DNA of 64,000 nt, taken from NCBI GenBank assembly GCA_000708835.1, contig DF237178.1, positions 62,001-126,000 of the forward strand, written 5' to 3'. This stretch comes from Klebsormidium nitens (taxonomy: Eukaryota; Plantae; Klebsormidiophyceae). This document shows, one piece after another, positions 47,739 through 58,454 of this stretch (its first letter is position 1; every line of letters begins with the position of its first letter). The notes below the pieces were generated by a model. That model worked only from the letters and a program-made list of their open reading frames with translations. It searched no databases and was not told the DNA's origin. Both the position numbers and the translations under genes were made by a program.

Positions 47739-50058
47739 ATGGAACCAATGTCAGCGACCGCTGCTCTATCCTGCCTTAAGGGGTGTGTCGCTCTGGTAAA
47801 AGAGATCATAAAGCTCCGTGAAGGCCTTCAATTTCACAAACGAAAAAGTGTGGAATTGGTCCGGAGGTGCGAACTCCTAATGGAGTATCTGAATGACGTA
47901 ATTGAGAGCGGTCCCATTCAGCAGACTGCCGCCGGAGCTTTGGAACAACTGCAGGAGCATCTCGTGAAAGCATACGAGGTGCTCCAAAAGTGCGGCGGGG
48001 GCCGCGTGTATAGGGTTATCAACTACAGGGCCATCCAAGATGACATAACAGATGTCAACACCTCCATCTCAGCCTGTCTGGGGGACTACAATTTCTTCAA
48101 TAGCATTCCTCGTGCGAGCCAGCCGCATTTGAAGAGATTGAGAGCAGACGTCCGCACGTACGGGGCTCTAAGTGTTGAAGAAAGGGTGGCTGACGGGATT
48201 TCTGAGGCTGCCTCAGGAATCGAGATCGAGGAGACCAATGCGGTAGTGGAGACCATCCAAGAGCTCAGAAGGCAGGGAGTTTTCTCGGAAAGAGAGTTGG
48301 CAGCTTTTCGAGAGGAAGTGTCAGCAAACAATGCTGAGAGGGATCAGATGCTCAGGCTAGTTGGCATCATGGGAGAGGAACAGCAGATGCTGGCAGCGCA
48401 GAAACTGGCGTCGGAGGAGGAGTATCTGAGGCAGATTGCAGAGCTTATCTCCACGACAACGCAGACGACTCTGGAGCCTCCGGCACCCCCAGAAAGATTC
48501 TTGTGCCCCCTGACCCAGGACATTATGTCAGACCCGGTCATTGTGACCTCCGGACGCGTCTATGAGAGGAGTGCAATCGAGCGCTGGCTCAAGGATCATG
48601 ACACGTGCCCCGTAAATTCCCATCGACCCCAAAATTCTGATTAGGGTACTGGACCTGAGGGCTGAGATTGCTGATTGGCAGTCATCCAACCAATCAGCAA
48701 GAACCCCCGTCACGCCTGCCAGCACATTACGGTTTTCTTCAAGTAATGGGGACAGAATGACTGACGAGGATCTGCCATCTAATACAATCGCAAGGCTTGT
48801 CCATGATTTACACACCTATGATCCCCCTCTCTTGTTAGAAACCCTACAACAGCTCGAGAACCTGGCGGTTGATGCGGCTAACCAGAGGGCCATTGGAGCG
48901 ATGCCAGGGAGCCTGCAGAAGCTGGTGGGCCTGCTGGACAGCGAGAGCGAGGGCGTGCAATAATAAAGCAGCAAGTGCACTTTGCAACCTGGCGGTTGAA
49001 GCGGCCAACAGAACGGCCATAGCCGCGGTGCCGGGGAGCCTGGAGAAGCTGGTGGGCCTCCTAGGAAGCGGGAGCGAGGACGTGCAACAATCTGCGGCGG
49101 CTGCGCTCCGGAATCTGGCATGCAACGCGGTGATCAAGAGGGCCATGGCAGAAGTTCCGGGCAGCCTGCGTAAGTTGGTGGGTCTTCTGGACAGCGGAAA
49201 CAAGGACGTGCGACAATCTGCGGTGGCGGCGCTCTCGAGCCTGGCGTTCGACACGGCGAACAGGAGGGCCATAGCAGCGGTGCCGGGGAGCCTAGAGAAG
49301 CTGGTGGGCCTGCTTGACAGCGGGAGCGAGGACTTGCAAGAAAGAGCGGCAGGGGCCCTCCAGAACTTGGCGGGCGGTGCACTGGTAAACAAGAGGGCCA
49401 TTGCTGCGGTGCCGGGGAGCCTGCAGAAGCTGGTTGCCTTGCTGGAAAGTGGAAACGAGGGCGTGCAAAGAAAGCGGCGGGGGCGCTCGTGAACCTGGCG
49501 GTCGACGAGGCGAGCAAGAAGGCCATAGCCGCAGTGCCGGGGAGCCTACAGAAGCTGGTCGGTCTGCTGGAGAGCTAGAGCGAGGGCGTGCAAGAGAAAG
49601 CGGCGAGGGCGCTCGTGAACCTGGCGGCCGACGCGGCGAACCAGAGGGCCATAGCTGCAGTGCCGGGGAGCCTGCACACGCTGGTCTTCCTGCTGGAAAG
49701 TGGAAACGAGGTCGTGCAAGGCTTTGCGGCGACGGCGCTCAATAGTCTGGCGGTCGATTACGTGGCGAACCAAAGGTCCATAGGGGTAATCTCGGAAAGC
49801 TTGGAAATGCTGGTTGCCTTGCTGGGAAGCCAGAGAGAGGGCGTTCAGGGACAAGCTGCGTCGGCGCTCGGGAATTTGGCGGCCGACGAGACAAACAAGA
49901 GGGCCATAGTCGCGGTGCCGGGGAGCATGCAAAAGCTCCGAGCGCTGATGGCCAGCGACAATGAGGCAGTACGGGAGCCGGCGGCGGGGGCGCTGGCGAA
50001 GCTTGGCATGGTGCAATATATAAAGTCGATCAATATTTGTGGATTGAGAAATCTGTGA
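47739..50058 (+). pseudogene. Intronless four-helix-bundle (MLKL/UND-like) - U-box - ARM-repeat E3 ligase gene with 3 frameshifts and 1 premature stop
   Basis: U-box PPERFLCPLTQDIMSDPVIVTSGRVYERSAIERWL..TCP continues as PIDPKILIRVLDLRAEIADW only after a +1 shift (~48617). Further lesions: +1 at ~48961, -1 at ~49469, TAG at 49576-49578. About 9 ARM repeats follow. Confidence 0.85.
48847..50005 (+). repeat. About 9 tandem ~126-bp ARM repeat units with high DNA identity
   Basis: Recurring gccatagc.gcggtgccggggagcctgcagaagctggtgggcctgctg...gagggcgtgcaa; consensus LxNLAxdaaNxrAIAAVPGSLxKLVxLLxSxxExVQxxAAxA. Confidence 0.92.
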
Positions 50059-51175
50059 GTCTGGATTTTTTAACTTATGTAAGGGTTTTTCAGTCAAAGG
50101 CAATTGATGACAGGCCCGTAGGACTAAGCAAGGCGGGCTAGCACAATATATCGATGCCATTATAAACAACTGTGGCTATAATGGATAGAACCACGAAGCT
50201 CTCCAGCACATTCGACACTTGCCTCGTTGTAGATATGGAAAACTTACATATTTGCCATCTTGCTTGGCAAGGCTGCAGAATCAAGATAAATTGTAGCTAC
50301 GAAGCTTACTTCTTCATAAATGATGTATGCTGGTCAAATCTCGACTGACGGCCCTTGATTGCCGTGCCGTGGTGCTAATATTCCACTTCGATCCGTTCAG
50401 CTATGCCATGCAGCGGGGGCGCCATGCATCACCGTCCAGCATTGAGTGAACATCACGTACGTGCCACGGTGATGCCACGCGCATGTCGGATCTGACGGTC
50501 ACAGTGTGCACAAGGATCGAGCCTGCATGGCATATACCATGCATGTTGTGCGCCTTAACTAAGCTTGATTGCCATGCGGTCGGACATGATCCGGGGGCCT
50601 GTGATTCAATTTGTAAAATTCTGGCACTGTACTCGAAATTAATATACACCTATACCCGCAGCCAAGCGCACTTGAGTGGGACTTCTGGCCAGCTAAATGG
50701 TATAGGAGGGCGTTATGCAAGCCTGAGTGCACATATGGTATTGCAAACGCCTCCGAAGCAGCCGCCCCGGCCCATGGACGGTCAAGTCATCAGACGGCCA
50801 ACATTGCAGGCCGGCCATGTGCAGATGTGCAAGTGATTGACAAGAGTACAAATACTGATGGATATATTTTCTGGCGGCCTACATGCATGACAGTGTATCC
50901 ATCAGGTAGATTTGCAGTCTTTCTCCATTTAATAACAAAACACCCGTTGGAGCATGCTGCTCCCGGCAGTGGGCCCTGATTGCATTGCGGAATTCGGCAC
51001 TCAGACTGAGTATGGATCTTGAATTTTATCAGACATGGAACTTTTATAGAGCCTGCTTGTCTGCTTGCAAGAGATGTTAGAACTTAAAAGTCTTCGACCT
51101 TTCTGAGCAGACAGTACCCCAAAGCATTGACGATTTCAATGATTCAGTCCAGAGTACGGCGACGAAACACGTTTA

Positions 51176-54100
51176 TCAGTGAGCTTTTGCGGCTTCCTCT
51201 GCGTCCTTCCAGGCCAGCTGCAGCAACCACGGAAGGCCGATAAGCATAGAAAGAAATCCCACTGCTCTGAAAGGTGAGTTAAGACTGAAGGAGCCCGCTA
51301 CTCTACCCCCGAAAAGCGAGGGAAGTGGAGAGTCAGCCAGTGCCACAGTGCGCGTACACTCCAAGACGCAATCCCTTCCATTCCGCACAACCCGTTTGTC
51401 AATCAACACAAATACGCCAAATGTTAGAGAAGACGACGGGCCTATCCCTTCGCGCTCCAGCATTAGCAGCGCAGCAGGGCCATCCCAGCTTATTTGACTG
51501 CGAGAACCGATGCATTTGAATGCTGTACCACGCATTTCGAACATTGAAAGCATCCTTATCGGACACAAAAGCTGGTTTTCCTCGAAGCAATGTTGCCCGA
51601 TCGGCTTGGCCGTTCTCTGCCATCCCTGACCTTGATACTCTCCCGCTCAATTCTCCGCCGCAAAGCATTCAGAGCTCAACATCATTAATCATTTCTAATC
51701 TATACGAAGAGTCAGCCGTCCGTTAACCTCACCTTTTCCCGTTCAAGTCTCGACATGTGCTTCTTCAGCGTTCCCAGCCCTTGCCCCTCCCACGCGGCAG
51801 CGTCCTGCTTCGGGCGCTCGGCTCTCGCGGCCGCCGAAACCCCCAAACCCTGCTCCTGCGCGGCCGCCTTCTCGCGCTCAAGCCGGCTCATCTTCTTCAC
51901 GAAACCCTGGCCAAACCCTTCCCCGGTCGCGCCCAAACCCTCATCCTTAAACCCTCTCGAGAGAACCGTCGTCGGCGTCAGGTCGTCCGCGCTCTCCGCC
52001 GCTTTTCGCGCCGCCTCTTTTTCCCGCTCTAGTCGCGAGGGCCGCTTAACCATGTCGCCGAGACCGCCGGCATGAGGGTTAGGGTCAACGATTAATTTTG
52101 CGGGTTTGCCGGGGGTCGCAGGGGCCGATTGCGCTGCGGCGACGGCGTCCGCTTTTGCCTGCTCCAACTTCGACAGCCGCTTCACCAGCACCTGACCCAG
52201 CCCCAGCTCCGGTTCCGTTCCGGGCGCTGTTCCGTTCTTCCTTCCGGCGGATCCGCTTAACTCCAGCTTCGCAGCGGCAGCGGCATCTGCCTTCGCTCGC
52301 TCCAGCTTGGACACGTGCTTCACCAGGTCACGTCCGAAGTCCGAGTTGGTTCCGTTTTGGGTTACCTCAACCCGCCCCTTGACCACCTTCCCGTCTTGCT
52401 CAGAATCTGCCTTCGCCGCCTCTGCCGCGTCCGCTTTTGCTTTCTCCAACTTGGACATACGCTTAACCAGAACCTGGTCAAGACCCGGTTCCGCTAACCC
52501 ATCCTGACCGGCGGTGTTCCTTTTTGCCCGGTTGGCAGGGGCTCCTCTCTCGGACTCTGCTTTCGAAGCTGCAACCGCCTCTGCTTTCGCCATCTCCAGT
52601 TTGGACATTCTCTTGACCAAAACCTGGTCAAGCCCCGGTTCTGCTAACCCACTCTGACCTGCGTTCTCCTTTTTCACCACGTTTGCTGGCGCGTTCTTCT
52701 CAGCCTCCGCCTTGGAAGCGGCTTTTGCGAGCTCAAGTTTGGAGAGCCGCTTGACCAGGATCTGATCCAAACCCGGTTCTGAAACCTTCAAGCTCGGCAG
52801 AAATGACCCCATTTTGGGCGGGTTAGCGGTGGCGGTTTTCGCGGCTGCTGTGGCTTCGTCCTTTGCAACCTCGAGCTTGGACCGCTTGATGAGGAAGTCG
52901 TCTCCGAGACCGCTGGGCTTCTGGGGAGAGGTGATGCCGGCCAGTCTGCACAAGGGGGTGAAGGAGGCGGTTCAGCAACTCTCATCAACGCGGAGCGACT
53001 GGTACGATGATTTCGTGACCAATTGATCGGCACTTCTGCAAGTGTAAGAGTCGTTGGATTTAAGGTCGTTGGTTGCCAGTAGTCTAGTAAAGCTGTGACT
53101 GCCCGATCGACGCCCATGTTAGGAAGGGGCGTAAGGTCGTCACTTGCAAGAGATGGTGTATCGGCAGAAACGAGGGAGGTGCGGTTCTGAAGTATTTAGG
53201 AGATTTCTGTAAGGAAGAGTGCCGCTGCTGTCTTTTGAGCTGACCTAGGCACTGAGAACTGGTGCCGGTGCATTCTCCAGCGATACGCGTACTATGACTT
53301 TTGACGGCGTCGGCACAGAGAGTCTGCTGCGTTTGCAACGGAGACAAACTGCACACAAATTTGTCCGAAAATGTAACCACGCGTTTATCAGAAGTCTTTC
53401 GACAGATTAAAGCCTGCTATGTTTTTGCTATCGGAGAAGCAGTCCCACGACGGCCTCTTAGGCGCAGAAGAAAGCCGTAAACGGTTTCCGACCTCTCGTT
53501 CTCGAACCACAGCTCGGCGAAACGGGGTCTGCAGATATCCAGCCAGCCCGGTGCTTCACATCAACATGCTCAGCGAGCAACAAAGTTCCAGATGATAATG
53601 ACTGGCAATCAGGAAAAAAGAGAACGATTCTCTTTCCCACTCGGTTGTCAGTGACGTCACCATGAAATGACCAAAGAGTGTGCCACGCAGTCCTGACAAG
53701 TCTTCCGACGAGCACAGCTTTACGTACGTGGCTTAAACGGTTGTTCAACATAGTCCACACATACCAACGGTGCGTCGAGTCGGAGGCGATTTAAATGCAC
53801 TCTCTGCACCCGACGATTTTTAAAGAACGTGCGTATTTGAAAAGCATCAAGCATCTCGTCAAGCTGCATTTACCTGCTTGTCAAGGGGCTGCTCTCCATA
53901 AACCCTCCAAACCCTCTCGTCGCAACCACGCTGCCGACCGCGGCCCTCTGCTCCGCCGACAGGCCCGCCAAACGACCCACCATCGCCTCGACCAGTTCTT
54001 CCACGCTCTTTTCTCCCTGTCTAGTCGTCCCGCCCCCGGTGACCTCTTCTCCGGGCGAAGCTGCCTTCTGGGCACCCTCCAAATCCGGTTCCGGTTGCTC

Positions 54101-57100
54101 CCGAGCGGAATCGTGCACTTTACCGGGAGAAGCAAAGGCCAGGGACCTGCTCGGGGAGAACGCCACGTGTCCCCCCTCGTCGTCCGAATCGGACGCTTCG
54201 AGGGCGCTCGAGTAACGGGTCGCTGCCTTGCGCGGACGCCCGCTTGAGCTCCCTGGGGAGAAATCGGCAGCAAGCGGCACCTCCTTCCATGTGCCCGCCC
54301 CGTCTTTCGCCAATCCCTCATCTTCGCCCGCAAAACCAGAAGCAGACACTCCGTCCTTCTTCAGAGCATCTTTCCCAAGGAGCCCGTTATCCTCTCCCTC
54401 TTCCTCGGAGCTAGAATCCTCCCCTTCGCTGTCTTCGTTGTCTTTTCCCCGGGGCGAAATGCACGCCATGAGCAGCCCCCCGAAGCGAGAACCGGTCTTG
54501 GCTTTCGGCGGGCTGCGGGGCTCAGCTTCGCCCCCAGCTTTCGCCCCGGGGGACTTCCCCGGGATGTATGACGTCACCCCGCCATTCTTCTCGAAGGGGC
54601 TGACGTCAGAATCGACCGGAGGGGCAGCTCGGGGAACAGTTCCGGTGACTGGGGTGCTGGGAGACGCTGGTGTACCGTTCCCTCCCGCTTCCGCTGATTG
54701 TTGCCCATCTCCGGTTGCCTCCCCCGCCAAAGTTTCTGGTTCTTCGGCCCCTTCCAGCGCCGCTGACGTCATCTCCGGCCCGTTCTCAGCCCCCGGCAGC
54801 TCGCCCTCCCCCGCTGACGTCAGCTCCGCCCGCCGGAGCGCGCTCTTCACCGCGCCGACCACCTCCCGCTCGACGTCGGCCTCTGACGCCGTGCTCGCGA
54901 AGATGACGTCGCGGTAGCCCCTGGCGGCGGTTTTGGGGGCAGCGGAGTGGGGCCGCCCGGACGCGGCGGGGGAGAGGACCACCCCGAGGGCCGCAGCGGC
55001 GGACGCCGTTTCGGACGCGCGGGATTCGGCGGCTCGGGCGCGGACGGCGGCGGCGTCACAGGGGATGCTGCAAATCGGACAATGCGCTAGGTTTATGTAC
55101 AGTTCAAACGAGCTGTTTCGGACGCGCAGGACTCGGCGGCTCGGGCGCAGACGGCACCGGCGTCGCAGGGGATGCTGCAGAGCGGGGTATGAGAGGCTTT
55201 TATTAAAACAGTCCAATCAGAAAGCTGTTTTGGATGCGGGACTCGGCAGCTTGAGCGCGGATGGCGGCAGCGTCGCAAGCGATATTCGATTCTGACACCA
55301 CAAATGACTGGGCAATTTATTACAATAAGGCGTTCATCCACCTGCAGATTGAAGAGATGGAAGGCAGCTTCTTCGGAAAATAGAGAAAACCCTTGGTGGT
55401 TGTTGGATGTAAGTTCTTGCGCAACCTGCAAATCTGAGCCCGAGCCTGTCAAACCAAAGCGCAGCGAGCGTGACCTGCCACCTGTCAGCTTTTCACAGGC
55501 GAAACTACTGGAAGCAGCGATTTTCTCAACACGGTTGACAACTCAACGAGTACTTTGAGAGTATATGATCCCCCCTCGCCTTAGACTTCGGTCCTCTTAC
55601 GAAACTGGGCTTAGAAGACTCCTGGGCTCAGACTACTTTTTCTTAGGGGCAGCGATTAGAGATGCCGAAAATCAAGATCAGCATCTTTCAACACGTGAGA
55701 GATCGTCAGCAAACTTTCGCTTCAAGGGTCAGACCACAGCACCCACTAGAGAAGGGTCTCCCTACCAAGTTTGTCTAGCTTACCTTGCTGCCTTCAGAAT
55801 GCGGTATCAGCAGACCTCCACCAGTGCCAGCTTTTGGGATAGAACGATCGCCAAGCTCTCATACTTCATACCCCCTAAACAACTAGGTATGAGATTCATT
55901 TTAGTCAGGGATGCGGCACCAGCTGATCTCCACCAGCGGGAGCTTTGTGAAGAAAACATTTGCGAGCCCTCAGATGTCGTCAGTCCAACACAACTACGTA
56001 AGAGGATATATTTGAACAGGAGCTTACCTCGCAGCCTCGAGGATGCGACACCAGCTAACTTCCACCAGTGCGGCCTTCTTTGCCGCCAGTGCCGCCTCTG
56101 CTGCTGTGGCAGCTGCCGCCTTCTCCCGCTCCACCCGCGACATCTTCTTGACAAACGCCTCGCCCAGGTGCTCCTTCGGGCCCTCGCTCTCCTGTGCAAA
56201 GGATGAGGTCATGAGAATGGTTAGGTTAAATGGCAACCGGAACCTGCTTGGGTCTCCAACCATGCACTTGGGGTCCAACTACACCTGTCTACCCATTTCC
56301 CCCACTTGATTACGCGCGACTGGATGGTTAGGTTCATCGGTTACTTTGCTTGTTGACCGGAACATGCTTGGTTTTCCAATCTGGCATATGTGATCCAAGT
56401 ACGCCTATTTACAAATCTCCTCCACTCTAACTACGTGACAATCTTTGTGCTTGACAAGCATGTCTTCCTTGGAGAATTGCTACCAGGAAGACAGCAAAGG
56501 AGGACATCAAACCCAAATATCGAATGTGCTGAATACTGGGTTCTGCTTCTAACTTCTAAGTTGGGGCCTTCCTCCGGTGCATCTATAGAGATAGATTGTA
56601 GAAGTAGTGTATTACGATCTCCTTTCTCATGCGTATCCGCTGAGTGGCACTGATTCTGTCTGGTGCATGGATCTTCAGGAGACAAGCCTTCCAGTACTCA
56701 CTTCACTATGGGAGAAAGGCTCAGATATCTGATTGGGCAAAGGGCAATCGGAGAAATCCTGCCACAAAGCACTACCTCAGCATTTGTGCCCACCTTCCAG
56801 GTGTACTATTCAGATGTCCAAAGCTAAAACTCATTCCTTTTGGTTCCAACCTGTGCTTGCTTCTCAAAACAACATCATCACTGCGTCAGCATCTGCTCAC
56901 CACTCTGTACTACCCACAGCAGCATCATCTTCTGTTCGGATAAGAGCCCACTCACCTGCATCTTCTTGATCTTGCGCTCCAGAAAGGAGTCCTTCTTGGC
57001 CCTTGGGAACCACGCCAGCGGCTCTTTCTCCTGCTCTGCCTCTGCACCATCTTCCCCCCCCTCTAGTTCTTCTCCTGCGCTGCACTCCACCCGCCTGGCC

Positions 57101-57600
57101 CCCGCTTTGAGTGCTCTCGTTGGCACCTCACTTTGAACACCCTCTTCTGTCTGCGCATTTGACAACCAGAGCACTCTTTTTGCTTTTCCTAGCCCTTGCC
57201 TGGCAGCCTCCCCTGCTTCACTTGGGACAATTTCGCGCTCTTCTGCAATGCTGCCATCGCTCAGGACTCCATTCGCTGAGTCGTGAATGCTGTCTCCCGT
57301 GTCATCAGCGCGCTCGGTTGGTGACACTGCATCCTCTGCCCGTCCTGCTTCTGAAGTGACGCATTCTGGCACAAAATGATCAGATTGCCCCGGCATGTTT
57401 ACAATCCCAGTCAACATAGCGTATCCCCCGTCGTTGTTCCCTGATTCAGCAAGGGCGATCTCAAGGTTGGAGGGGACTTTCTGCAGGGGGACTCTCTCAG
57501 GACTTGGAGAGCAACCTGCTGCACCTGCCTTCAGCATTTCTGTTCTTGTAACTACACCAGCTGGTTCAAGGTTCTCGTGACTGACAAGATGGGACGCCAT
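51176..57600 (-). CDS. Uncharacterised disordered protein (~1085 aa) with about 10 GL(D/G)xxLVK(R/K)(L/M)S(K/R)LExxK repeats
   Basis: Phase-consistent exons 57600-56956, 56191-56028, 55067-53874, 52945-51733, 51217-51176; a probable 5'UTR intron lies at ~57945-57606. Confidence 0.82.
55112..55285 (-). repeat. Two decayed intronic copies of the acceptor + start of the exon at 55067
   Basis: 55112-55179 (ctgcagcatcccctgcgacgccggtgccgtctgcgcccgagccgccgagtcctgcgcgtccgaaacagc) and 55224-55285 mirror 55004-55071. Confidence 0.85.
55777..55946 (-). repeat. Two decayed intronic copies of the exon end + donor of the exon ending at 56028
   Basis: ctggtggaggtctgctgataccgcattctgaaggcagcaag|gtaagc and ctggtggagatcagctggtgccgcatccc versus the real ctggtggaagttagctggtgtcgcatcctcgaggctgcgag|gtaagc. 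Confidence 0.75.
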
Positions 57601-57949
57601 GTGGCCTATGTGGAATCATGTGCTTCTAAACAGTCTGCTGTGTTATAACCAAAGAACGGAGCTATGGAATCTGCAGCAGAAAAGGAGATGGTGTCAATGA
57701 CAGAATGAAATCGTTTGGTTGCTTTGCGACTGACCTTGCACTCAGCGTGGCATTCCTAAGAAAGCTGCGCAATGGAAGCCCGGCATTGAACATAGACTGG
57801 TCGATTGACAGGTGCTCGCAGCTTGACTCGATTTCAAAGGAGTCTGTGTGATGAGTGGGCAATAAAGAAGAAGAAGCAGCAGTTAGAATGAAAATACGTG
57901 TCTCAAAAGCGACCCTCACGGGATGATATATATATGCTGGGCAGCTCAC

Positions 57950-58454
57950 CTACAGCAAGTGCTTGGTGTCCTCTCCAAGCTGACTCTTAGCGCAAAGCAG
58001 CGCATGAACCGTAGTTCCTGCAAGTCTGCTTTGCAATGCGGGCCAATTCAGCGGCACGCACGGCTTGGCAGAAGATCCAATTCTGGACCCGCAAACACTG
58101 GGCCAGGCGCCCTTCTCAGAACAATCAAGGAGGACTCTTTTCTCTCCCTAGTGCTTGCAATTCTGGCAAATTGCAGTCACTTTCGTTGCGTGCCGCGCAG
58201 GTTCGAAGGAAACAGGAAGTCGTTGTCACGCCCGTCCCGAGGGACTCCAGCCGTCGATACTGTCTCGGCTTCGTCATAGACAGGGAGATCGACGGCCTGA
58301 ATACTTTCTAATCTGAAATCCCTCCCTTCGCAAATTCTATCAAGCCTGCAGACGAATCTCTAGCAGAGCACTGATGCAGCACTGACTGAGCAGAGAAAGG
58401 CAAGCCTATAGCCTAATAGGGACGCAGGAAGAAAGTCTGCGCCGCAGTTACAAA
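57950..58454. promoter_or_regulatory. Probable bidirectional promoter/5'UTR region between the repeat-protein gene (-) and EttA (+)
   Basis: Head-to-head arrangement; inferred only. Confidence 0.4.

Noticed and set aside
48612-48644. 33-nt GT...AG segment that might splice out the first U-box lesion
   Set aside because: Splicing it does not restore the frame (a stop follows) and it would delete conserved U-box residues.
48844-50169. Minus-strand repetitive ORFs over the ARM array
   Set aside because: Reverse-complement shadows of the ARM repeats.
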